Of a stretch of DNA of 60,886 nucleotides, positions 1-8,111 are shown one piece after another. Source of the stretch: a virus (lineage: Duplodnaviria > Caudoviricetes); IMG/VR virus record IMGVR_UViG_3300006046_000006, positions 1-60,886 of that record, one strand, 5' to 3'. The notes below the pieces were generated by a model. The model ran no database searches and was not told where the DNA came from. It saw only the letters and a program-made list of their open reading frames with translations. How positions within the stretch are numbered: position 1 is the first letter of the stretch; each line of letters opens with the position of its first letter. Both the position numbers and the translations under genes were made by a program.

Positions 1-158
1 AACCAGGTAGTTCCGTCGTGCGGTCGGTGAGTGCTGTGGTAATCGAGGAATAGGGCAGCCAAGCCCGAATTCCCCCCATGCTCGATCATTGCCTCAATAT
101 CCATTTTGATTCCCTTCATGCCCTTGATCATCGGGGATTCGATTGATCGCATGCCCCC

Positions 159-187
159 ATTATATCAAACCCCATCGACCCTGTCAC
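159..187 (-). promoter_or_regulatory. SigA/sigma70-like promoter (GTGACA-N17-TATAAT)
   Basis: Minus strand reads GTGACA gggtcgatggggtttga TATAAT, upstream of an ORF that starts at 104 and runs off the window edge. Confidence 0.7.
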
Positions 188-447
188 CGTTCCCGATCAA
201 CTCTAGGGACCAAAGTTACCTCGGTGGACATCTCCCCGTTGTTCAAAGCCCGGATATACCAGACGGACCCATCACTGCCCTGATAAGACTTCAGCGTCGT
301 GTCCCCAGCAGCGACAGCGTCGAAGGCGTAGTCGGATAACTCAGCCATGATATTATCAGGGATTCCAGAGTTCGGACTATGATTCAGACCATCAGCGTGC
401 GAGATCTCCATCTCCACACTGAACGATACCATAAACTTTGACCTCAT
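184..447 (-). CDS. hypothetical protein
   Basis: Part of ORF 184..555; the ATG at 447 overlaps the stop of the upstream gene (TGATG coupling). Confidence 0.6.
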   Translation of the reverse strand: MRSKFMVSFSVEMEISHADGLNHSPNSGIPDNIMAELSDYAFDAVAAGDTTLKSYQGSDGSVWYIRALNNGEMSTEVTLVPRVDRER

Positions 448-794
448 CAAAACTCCATTCCACAATCTCCACACACCCTGATTACTTCTTGGACAGGCAA
501 GTCTCCCAGATACCCAGACCTCATGCGGAGGATCGGCTCTGAGAGGTGCAAGCATGCCCCCGCCAGCTCTCGCTCAACCTCTTCATTGAGAGCAGCGGTC
601 AAGCATTTCTCAGCGAGAAAGAGCAAGAACCCCTTCTTCTCAATCTGACTCATGTTCGTGTAAGGCGGCTCATTGAATACCCTCACAGCGATGATCGTAG
701 CCGCCAGGTCCATCTGCTGTGTCGCATCCAGACCCCCGACAATCTCAGCGATCCTTTCCCTAGCCATATCATCCCTTATATCACCCATGTCCAT
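447..794 (-). CDS. hypothetical protein
   Basis: 115-aa ORF, start/stop overlaps with both neighbours. Confidence 0.7.
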   Translation of the reverse strand: MDMGDIRDDMARERIAEIVGGLDATQQMDLAATIIAVRVFNEPPYTNMSQIEKKGFLLFLAEKCLTAALNEEVERELAGACLHLSEPILRMRSGYLGDLPVQEVIRVCGDCGMEF

Positions 795-1090
795 CAGTCA
801 ACCCTCCAGCCATTGTCGATCAAATCCTCGATGGTGTCGAACTTGACCACTGGAGCAGTAGACCAATCGACATCCTTCAACCTGAAGAGGTTCACCAGGT
901 AAATGTTGTAGGTGTCAGAGTCTTCTTCGACCATGACCCCGAGATCCTCGTTATCACGACCCGTGTAAACTTCCTTTTTCATGGGGAGAACAGGCCATCT
1001 CGGCCACTCATCGAAATTCCCCACCATTCGTCGTGTGGCCTCTACCCGAGCCTTAGCTGGATCGTAGGCCTTAGCCTTAGGTATTCCCAT
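794..1090 (-). CDS. hypothetical protein
   Basis: 98-aa ORF with GGGAG RBS, directly downstream of the promoter at 1125-1153. Confidence 0.75.
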   Translation of the reverse strand: MGIPKAKAYDPAKARVEATRRMVGNFDEWPRWPVLPMKKEVYTGRDNEDLGVMVEEDSDTYNIYLVNLFRLKDVDWSTAPVVKFDTIEDLIDNGWRVD

Positions 1091-1111
1091 CGGTCACTCC
1101 CTTTTCCCTTT

Positions 1112-1153
1112 ATTTGATAACCCCATCATATCAAATCCCCAACCACCTGTCAA
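1112..1153 (-). promoter_or_regulatory. SigA-like promoter with overlapping palindrome
   Basis: TTGACA-N17-TATGAT; inverted repeat ATTTGATA-N9-TATCAAAT (1112-1136) spans the -10 and start site. Confidence 0.8.
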
Positions 1154-1178
1154 TATCCTAGGTCCTCGAAAGTACCTT

Positions 1179-1724
1179 TCAATTCCTCGAAGTTGATTCC
1201 CCGCAACTAGGGCAATACCTCCATTCGTTCTTTAGGAAGCGTCCACACCCTGCCCCTTTGCAGCGACGTCCGGTCCCAGCTAGTCTACTGTCCGGCTTCA
1301 AGCCTTCGATAATATCCTCGGTGACATCCCTGAGCTTTCGGTCGATATCCCCCTTCAACTTCAGAGCCTTCTCATTCCGAATCACCCAAGCATTGCGGTA
1401 GCGTTTGGTGCCCTCTCCCTGAGCACCTCGAGCTACCGCCCCTTCCCCGGCACGCCTATCACTCACTCTTACCTTTACCTTCTCAGCACCACTTCGTGTT
1501 GTCTGCGTCATTTCCCCAGCCCGAGCCTCTAGGTCGGTGCCCTTCGCATCTTCACGCAAGGCCTCAAAGAAGAGAGTCGTGTATTGTTCGATGAAGTCCT
1601 GTGGCAATAGGTATAATACCTCCAAACTTATGCGGTTCTGGGGTAACATGCCCGAAGCTGACAACTCCTTGAGAATCTGAATTCTCATATCCTCTTTGGC
1701 TTTGTCCCTTTTGTCTTTGGGCAT
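1179..1724 (-). CDS. hypothetical protein with C-terminal zinc ribbon
   Basis: C-terminal CKGAGC...CPSC; GAGG RBS. Confidence 0.7.
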   Translation of the reverse strand: MPKDKRDKAKEDMRIQILKELSASGMLPQNRISLEVLYLLPQDFIEQYTTLFFEALREDAKGTDLEARAGEMTQTTRSGAEKVKVRVSDRRAGEGAVARGAQGEGTKRYRNAWVIRNEKALKLKGDIDRKLRDVTEDIIEGLKPDSRLAGTGRRCKGAGCGRFLKNEWRYCPSCGESTSRN

Positions 1725-1966
1725 GCTGGTTTTTCCTCGTGGTATTTAGAATGGATAGTTGCAATAGGTAAGTTATAGAATAAAGAGTCACATATGCGCC
1801 CTTATAAAGGCGCATTTATGTGCACTATTTTCTATATCTCACCTTATTTTACCATATTGCATAGGCCGGCAGTTTTGTCAAGGACAGTAGAATTTAGTAG
1901 GGGTCGGCGGGAAGGCCTCCTGACTATTAGGCAGCGTTAGGTGGTCGTTTCTGGCAGGTGGCCTGC

Positions 1967-2662
1967 CTATTTGACGATTTCTATTTCCTTGGTCATACAT
2001 GCCTCACCGTCAGCGGCAAGTAAGCGCCCCAGGTCATCGGCGTGTATGAGGGCGTGTCCCTTGATGCCCCAGGACCTTGACCATGAGTTTTTGATCCTGA
2101 AGAGATTGGTCCACACGTTGTAGCCATTGACCACGTAGGCGTGGCCCCCGGCGATTCCTGAGGAGGTATCAAGTGACAGCCTGCCCTTGCTGTCGGGCTC
2201 GAACATTGAATTATACCAGTCGGTGCCCATGATGACGGGGCCCTGCTCGAGGACCGTTTTTGCTATAGCTGCCATATCAGGAGCCCATAGGTATTCACCG
2301 ATGATGCCCATTTTTTGCAGCGCTTTGGCCCCGGCCCTTACTGAGGTCCCTTCGTAATCTGTGCCCGGCCATTCGTCGACCAGCTGCGCGGCGTGGTAGA
2401 GAAATTCAGGCTGTACCTGAGCGCCAGCCTTTGGGTGGGTGACTGGGCTGTCCTCGATGTAATGAGCCCACGCGTAACCGACGCACATTGGTGTGGCCCC
2501 CTGATCGCCCCACCAGCCGTTGTCGTACCAGCTGCGGTGGGTCCGCTCGGTGCGCTTGGGCGGGGCCAGCATATAAGCCTGATCCCGTTCGTCGGGGGCA
2601 TGACGCCGGCCGAGTCCATGTTCTTCGATGCTCAGCTTGATGGTCTTACCTACTGTTGACAT
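1967..2662 (-). CDS. papain-like (C1 family) cysteine peptidase
   Basis: DQGATPMCVGYA (oxyanion Gln and catalytic Cys), GGHAYVVNGY (His), KNSWSRSWG (Asn). Confidence 0.9.
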   Translation of the reverse strand: MSTVGKTIKLSIEEHGLGRRHAPDERDQAYMLAPPKRTERTHRSWYDNGWWGDQGATPMCVGYAWAHYIEDSPVTHPKAGAQVQPEFLYHAAQLVDEWPGTDYEGTSVRAGAKALQKMGIIGEYLWAPDMAAIAKTVLEQGPVIMGTDWYNSMFEPDSKGRLSLDTSSGIAGGHAYVVNGYNVWTNLFRIKNSWSRSWGIKGHALIHADDLGRLLAADGEACMTKEIEIVK

Positions 2663-2943
2663 ATACTTTCTCCTGTGTTGGATAGTGTTCGGCTGATTCT
2701 GTCTTCATACCGGCCCAGAATAGGGCCAGCACGATGGCGATAACTATGAGAGTCTTGATCCACCATGGCGGTGTCTCTAGCATTAGTCGATCTCCAGGAT
2801 GTCGAGCCTTACGAGCTCGTTGGGTAGGGGACAGTTGGGGTCGTGCATCATCTGGGTGTCAGTGTCGGGCTTGACCCAGCCGCAGAATGGGCAGGGCTGG
2901 AGTGCCCTGATTTGCCTCTGAGCCTCAGCTATTTCATCCAGGG

Positions 2944-3174
2944 TCATGAGGCCTCCTTAACTTCCCGCTCGTCGAACGAGATAGACCCGCAGATAGGGCA
3001 TCGCCTTGCCTCTATCCACGCCACCGTGAGAGCTCCTTTCCGAGCTGCGGTTTCCCCTCCCCGGCTCATCATGATGGCGTCTTTGGGCTTATCGTGGAAC
3101 TCCTGAGGAACATACCATACGGTGTTATCTCGGCGGCATGTTCTCTCATATTCTATAACTACCTTGGTCTTCAT
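2944..3174 (-). CDS. small hypothetical protein (CxxC)
   Basis: 76-aa ORF coupled to neighbours; CPICG motif. Confidence 0.55.
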   Translation of the reverse strand: MKTKVVIEYERTCRRDNTVWYVPQEFHDKPKDAIMMSRGGETAARKGALTVAWIEARRCPICGSISFDEREVKEAS

Positions 3175-3419
3175 TGATACCTCGCTCTTATTTTAACTAT
3201 GGGGTCTGCCTCACCCAGAAGACACCTTACTTCATAGGTGGGATTAGGTTGGTCGAGAAAACCCTCGGCTACGGGGGCAGCAATAATGCCACCCTCATAG
3301 TGAAACTTGTAGCTCGCAGCCTGCCAGAGTTTTCCGTCAGAAAAGAAGTATATGATGTGTCTATGCGGAACACTTGGCGAACATTTAGTTTCAGCCATTT
3401 GTTTGTAGTAGTCACTCAT
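3171..3419 (-). CDS. hypothetical protein
   Basis: 3' part of ORF 3171..3587 starting at MSDYYKQ; ATGA overlap with the upstream gene. Confidence 0.55.
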   Translation of the reverse strand: MSDYYKQMAETKCSPSVPHRHIIYFFSDGKLWQAASYKFHYEGGIIAAPVAEGFLDQPNPTYEVRCLLGEADPIVKIRARYQ

Positions 3420-3790
3420 TCTTCCATCTCCTTTCGGTATTCGTCGAGCGTCATGAATTCTGGATTGACTGTGATGTAGACCTGTTCGACCCCATCGCTC
3501 ATGAAGCTCACGAGCTGATCCCATGTGTAAGGCCCGGGGGATCGAGGACCGCAGGTGTACCATTGCCCTGCCGACTTCATGGCACAATATTTGTACTTCC
3601 TGGGGTTCCGCCTCGGCGTGAAAGTCTTCTCGAAGTAGAGGATCGTGCCGTCGTCGAAGTCATCCTCCCCGAAAGCCATCAGCTTCTCGAGCTCACGGCG
3701 ATGATACTCCATCTGCTTGAGATGGTAGCCCTGCATTGATCCTTCCATCACTGTGTCCTTTCTTTCTTCATCCATGCCCAGAATGAGCAT
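3416..3790 (-). CDS. hypothetical protein
   Basis: 124-aa ORF in a co-directional array. Confidence 0.65.
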   Translation of the reverse strand: MLILGMDEERKDTVMEGSMQGYHLKQMEYHRRELEKLMAFGEDDFDDGTILYFEKTFTPRRNPRKYKYCAMKSAGQWYTCGPRSPGPYTWDQLVSFMSDGVEQVYITVNPEFMTLDEYRKEMEE

Positions 3791-3908
3791 CGGGGTTTGT
3801 GGATGAGTTCTCGGTAGCTATGGCCTTCGACTGGCTTCCAGTCAGCACCGCAGGCATCGCAAGCCTGCCCTCGGTGGATGTTCTCGAGGATATCCCAGTT
3901 CTTTGAGC

Positions 3909-4145
3909 TCATAGCAGATCCATCCTTCCATCGAGAGGAGTATCGTCGTCATCCTCAGCCATCATCTCTTCCCAGCATTTCGGGTGGATTCCGGTGATCA
4001 GCATCTCCCGTTGTTCGGCGGGCCAGTGCTCGAGGGCGATTTGAATGAGTTGCCCTGCGTTCATCGCAGCAACTTCCTCATCGGTCATCTCGAGCTTGGA
4101 CTGCTCCCGGCAGTTCGGGCATCGAGGGCAAAGGATCAGCGGCAT
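3909..4145 (-). CDS. small Cys-containing hypothetical protein
   Basis: CPNC...GIHPKCW, typical of small phage zinc-binding proteins. Confidence 0.65.
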   Translation of the reverse strand: MPLILCPRCPNCREQSKLEMTDEEVAAMNAGQLIQIALEHWPAEQREMLITGIHPKCWEEMMAEDDDDTPLDGRMDLL

Positions 4146-4306
4146 TATCGGAAATCCCTTTCATCCATGATATGGTCATCACAACGAGCTTCGTCGCGGA
4201 CGTATTGTACAGCTCGAGTGCAGCAATGGGGGATTGTGCAGTAGATCGTGCACCCCCATTTCGCCTCATCATCCTGGATTTCAGGATCAGGGTGTCGATA
4301 TCCCAT
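4145..4306 (-). CDS. small Cys-rich hypothetical protein (53 aa)
   Basis: Hand-translated MGYRHPDPEIQDD...; follows the promoter at 4337-4365; TAATG coupling to the next gene. Confidence 0.5.
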   Translation of the reverse strand: MGYRHPDPEIQDDEAKWGCTIYCTIPHCCTRAVQYVRDEARCDDHIMDERDFR

Positions 4307-4336
4307 TTTTTCCCTTTCCCTTGATTTGATATTAGA

Positions 4337-4365
4337 ATCATATCATCCCCGTCAACCAGTGTCAA
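4337..4365 (-). promoter_or_regulatory. SigA-like promoter
   Basis: TTGACA ctggttgacggggatga TATGAT, followed by ATCAAATCAAGGG. Confidence 0.8.
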
Positions 4366-4523
4366 TCACTTAGCGGAACCAATCATGATTCGTGCACCTG
4401 ATCGTCATACCTACAAGACTTTGAGAGATATCCCAAAACTTCCCCAGGATGATGGTACCCCTCAAGTGCGATAATTCGATCACTCGATTGGTCCTTCATC
4501 CCAGGGAAGATTTAGGAGCTTGC

Positions 4524-6224
4524 CTAGCTTGTGAACCCCGAAGGCGGGCTGTTTGTCGGCGAGTTGTAGAAGTTCGCTGGCGTACCCTTGTTACCGGTAC
4601 CCTTCACACCAGAGCCGTCACCACCGTCGAAGGACTCGAATTGGTAAGCCGGCTTGCCGGCACCTTGGGAGGTGTTTACCTCGTTGTCCTTGACCGTGAC
4701 TGAGGAACACTGGCCTCCGCCGTAGCCTGCAATAGCCGACTTCGGATTGCCCTCGTTGGGGTCGTTGCCCAGGCCGTAGGCATAGCGCCCAGATACCCGG
4801 TTCTTCTGCACAAGAACCGGACTGTCAGGCTGCCCAGCTCTCAGGATTTGGATTCCACGGCCGGCAACATCGTTGATGAGGTTGTCCTCGATGAGGATTG
4901 GACCCTGCACACGATCCCCGTAGATACCGCCGCCATCAGCATGGAAGAGATCCAGAATGATGCCATTGCGGTCAGCGGAGTCGCCATCAGCGGTGATCTC
5001 AGCGTGGTGAAGCAAGTTGCCTCGCAGCAAGCAAGCGTATTGCCCTTGCACTCTGGTGTTTCGTCGAGCATGCCCGATAGAGATCAGAGAACCAGCAGAG
5101 CCGTAGCCGAATGCCGCATTGCCAGCAGCGTGGTGAACTTCCACACCAATGACAGTCACTTTGTCCATGCCCCAGATACCGATGCCATTGCGCTGAATGT
5201 TCCCGGTACCGGGTCGAGGCTGCACCACCACATTCTCGATGGTGATAGCCCCACCTGATGGGTCACCACGGGTCCCCGTCTTGTCATTGCGGGTCGAGTC
5301 GAAGAAGATGCCCTCTCCAACTACCTTATTACCCACTGGCTCGACGAAAGCCCTGCGTGGATTGCAGGACAACCTGAAGTTCTCTATTGAGCCGTAGCCC
5401 TCGATGCCAGAGTCGCCGGTGAGACGAGCCCCATCTTCGAGGAAGATATACAGCCCCTTGAAGAGCTTATTCAGCATGTACAGCCCCTGCCATGCACCTG
5501 AGGGTACCCCGATTTTCCAGGCGTGCTGCAGAGCCTCTGGCCGATCGACCAGTTGTTGCAGCGTGCCATCGCGTCCGACGACTACGTCATAGTCGCCCTG
5601 CACCGGTGGGGGTATTGGCCCAGGGTCTGGGATGGGTATGGGGGATGGCCCAGGGTCGACGTTTATGCCGACAACTGAAAAGGTGCCATCCGAAGATGTG
5701 AGCCCCACGGCGAAGAGATCCGCCCAGTTGCTCCATGCCGCGGTGGTGTCGTTGATGATGGAGACGACTGACTCGCCCTTGGGAACACTGAATGTGACTC
5801 TGGATGTCCACTCACGATTGCGCTCAGTCCAGAGATCCTGGGTGATCGCCAGGGTGAGCTGCTTGTTCTGAGTACCCACCCTCACGTTTCGTGTGGACCC
5901 CGTTGCCTGCGACTCCGCAGCCAGAGTGTAGTCCAGAGCTACCTGGAGTGTCAGCGCCCGATCAGCGACGATCTTGAGCGAGACAGTCTCATTGGGATGT
6001 CCCCAGGATGCGATGTGATCGCCCTCGAGAACCATGCTGACCCCATTCGACAAGGTCAACTTGTCAGCAGTGGCAACCATGGAGAATTCCCCACCCACTG
6101 GCGGTGGTATTGGGTCAGGTCCTGGCCCGGGCCCTGGGTCTGGCGGAGTCACCGCTATGGCCCTCCCGATTTCGACTATGCGGTTGCCCATCAAGATGAG
6201 CTCCGCAGAGTAATTGTCTGTCAT
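4524..6224 (-). CDS. multidomain glycan-active protein: shared leader, Pro linker, CBM6/35-like module, right-handed beta-helix (pectin-lyase fold)
   Basis: PbH1-like repeats (RNGIGIW, ILIEDNLIND, GRGIQI, VTVKDNEV); PGPGP linkers; C-terminal domain clearly paralogous to that of 51599..54253. Confidence 0.75.
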   Translation of the reverse strand: MTDNYSAELILMGNRIVEIGRAIAVTPPDPGPGPGPDPIPPPVGGEFSMVATADKLTLSNGVSMVLEGDHIASWGHPNETVSLKIVADRALTLQVALDYTLAAESQATGSTRNVRVGTQNKQLTLAITQDLWTERNREWTSRVTFSVPKGESVVSIINDTTAAWSNWADLFAVGLTSSDGTFSVVGINVDPGPSPIPIPDPGPIPPPVQGDYDVVVGRDGTLQQLVDRPEALQHAWKIGVPSGAWQGLYMLNKLFKGLYIFLEDGARLTGDSGIEGYGSIENFRLSCNPRRAFVEPVGNKVVGEGIFFDSTRNDKTGTRGDPSGGAITIENVVVQPRPGTGNIQRNGIGIWGMDKVTVIGVEVHHAAGNAAFGYGSAGSLISIGHARRNTRVQGQYACLLRGNLLHHAEITADGDSADRNGIILDLFHADGGGIYGDRVQGPILIEDNLINDVAGRGIQILRAGQPDSPVLVQKNRVSGRYAYGLGNDPNEGNPKSAIAGYGGGQCSSVTVKDNEVNTSQGAGKPAYQFESFDGGDGSGVKGTGNKGTPANFYNSPTNSPPSGFTS

Positions 6225-6235
6225 TGTTAGCCTTT

Positions 6236-7309
6236 CTATCTAGTTGCGAGGTTGTTGAGTGTGGCGATATCCGGCATGTCACGCTGGGCACCCCAGGCAT
6301 ACCATGTCGAGTCACCGCCGATTTTATCCGCTTCGTCGAGGAGGTAGGGCCATGCCCGGGCATGTTCCTTGACGACTGTCGTACCGACGAGCCCTGACAT
6401 ATAGGTCTCCACCCACACGAAGGGCTTGTCAGTCTTTGCTCGAACCCAGCGGTATACATCGAGCATCTTCTCGACATGTTGCTCTGGGGTCCCACCGGGC
6501 AGATTGTAACCAGGTCGCAGATCAATGCCTCCATCGACTGCTATGAAGTCATACTTGCACTGATCCATGAAGCCTGAGATCATTGCGAGGTCGCGATTGT
6601 CGAGCGTGCCCTTCGTGCCATTGGCGGTCACGCCCCAGCTGCTCATACCGACGTAGGGACCGCCCAGCAGTACTCCTGGTGATGCCGCCCGCAGTTTGGC
6701 TTCGCCTGTGTTCCAGAAGTTGCAGTAGTGATCGACAGCCCATCGGTTGCCTCCCTCTGTCTGAGGTCGGTTGTCCCAGAACCCCCAGGGTGCAGAGCCC
6801 CGGCACTCTGACCAGGGGATAACTCGCTTGGGCTTGAACTCCTTGACGTAGGTGGCCCAGAGGTCATAGAGCTGAGGCCATGCCGAAGGTGAGGGACCCC
6901 ACTCGTCGTATGGGTCCCCCTTAGACGGGTTGCCGTCGGGTATCTTGGCGAACTGAGGAGCTTTGGCGAGGAGCATGAGGTCAGGTTTGCGCCAGTCCCA
7001 GTAAGACCGTAGCGAAGCAAGCGACTCATCCGGTCCCCACCCGAGGACATGGCTAGCGTACGACCGAGCAGCGCCCTGCACCGCAGTAGCCTCGGCTGCT
7101 GTGAGTGGGTTACCCCAGCTCGTAGCCGTTCGGGGTGTGGCCCATGTCCACCCGAACTTCGCCCTACCCTTGGCGGGAGGGACGGGTATCGGGTCAGGAG
7201 GTACTGGTATGGGCTCAGGCGGAGGTCCTACCGCAATGCCATGGCCTATTTCCGTTATTCGGTTGCCATAGACGATGAGTTCTTTGGAGTATTGGGAAAT
7301 GTCGGTCAT
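6236..7309 (-). CDS. putative clan GH-A glycoside hydrolase (GH39/GH5-like) with shared N-terminal leader
   Basis: Motif order PWSE (cf. WNE), LLGGP, DFIAVD, KPFVWVE matches GH-A TIM barrels; Pro-rich linker. Confidence 0.6.
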   Translation of the reverse strand: MTDISQYSKELIVYGNRITEIGHGIAVGPPPEPIPVPPDPIPVPPAKGRAKFGWTWATPRTATSWGNPLTAAEATAVQGAARSYASHVLGWGPDESLASLRSYWDWRKPDLMLLAKAPQFAKIPDGNPSKGDPYDEWGPSPSAWPQLYDLWATYVKEFKPKRVIPWSECRGSAPWGFWDNRPQTEGGNRWAVDHYCNFWNTGEAKLRAASPGVLLGGPYVGMSSWGVTANGTKGTLDNRDLAMISGFMDQCKYDFIAVDGGIDLRPGYNLPGGTPEQHVEKMLDVYRWVRAKTDKPFVWVETYMSGLVGTTVVKEHARAWPYLLDEADKIGGDSTWYAWGAQRDMPDIATLNNLATR

Positions 7310-7318
7310 TTATCCTCC

Positions 7319-7843
7319 TCAGTTGAGTAAGTAGCGTCCGCAGACCGGCCAAGGGGATGCACCACGGGCTGCGTAAAGTAGCTGAGCACGGTAATCTTGC
7401 TCTTCTCTTGAAGCGTCGATAGGATCTCCTGAGCCTCCAACGCCTTCCCAGGTTCGTATGTCAAACTGATAGAGCCCTCGATACCATCCTTGTGGTGAAA
7501 CCGCGCGTAAGTTGTCAGTGGATTCGCAGATCCTAAGGCGATACCACTGAGATTCAGATGGATATCCATATACCTTCCTTGGTGGGACGTAGGGGGTGGG
7601 TTCCTCCTTTTCCGGAACCTCGACCAATTTCGCAGGTTCTGGCGATGGAGGTGGTATATATTGCGGTATCTCAGGTAATAGGTCAATCAACGCAAGGTCG
7701 ACGTATGTCCCCGAGACTCTATAGGCTGGCGAAAAAATTGCGTCGCCTATGGATGGTAAAGGTGTAGGATTTGCCTGAGTCTCAGGAAGTCCTGCCCCCA
7801 CTAGAATCGTTACGAAAGTTGTCGTGAGCACCAATTTTGCCAT
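7319..7843 (-). CDS. rpf: resuscitation-promoting factor (Rpf) transglycosylase, secreted
   Basis: W..L..CES, GLYQFD..TW, ASREEQ...A..LY..RG..PWP.CG; hydrophobic signal peptide from the ATG at 7843 with AGGAGG RBS. Confidence 0.92.
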   Translation of the reverse strand: MAKLVLTTTFVTILVGAGLPETQANPTPLPSIGDAIFSPAYRVSGTYVDLALIDLLPEIPQYIPPPSPEPAKLVEVPEKEEPTPYVPPRKVYGYPSESQWYRLRICESTDNLRAVSPQGWYRGLYQFDIRTWEGVGGSGDPIDASREEQDYRAQLLYAARGASPWPVCGRYLLN

Positions 7844-8111
7844 CGTAATTGCCCTCCTTGAGCGCCTTGCAGATCTCACACTCAGGATCTTCCCAAGTGA
7901 TCGGTTTGCCATGCAGAATGCATGTTGGTGTGGGGTGAGGTGGATATTCGAATGTCGGTTCTACAGATTCCCTTTCATACTTTACTAGAGATTCATTGAC
8001 GGCGTCGAGGGCCCTGAGAATCAGATTCCTGGACATTAAGGGTTCAAGTTGTTGTACGATTCCTTTCAGTTCGATCACGCGGTCTCGGATTTGTTGTACT
8101 TCAGCTGCCAT
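7782..8111 (-). CDS. hypothetical protein
   Basis: 109-aa ORF filling the gap between primase-helicase and rpf; overlaps both. Confidence 0.45.
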   Translation of the reverse strand: MAAEVQQIRDRVIELKGIVQQLEPLMSRNLILRALDAVNESLVKYERESVEPTFEYPPHPTPTCILHGKPITWEDPECEICKALKEGNYDGKIGAHDNFRNDSSGGRTS

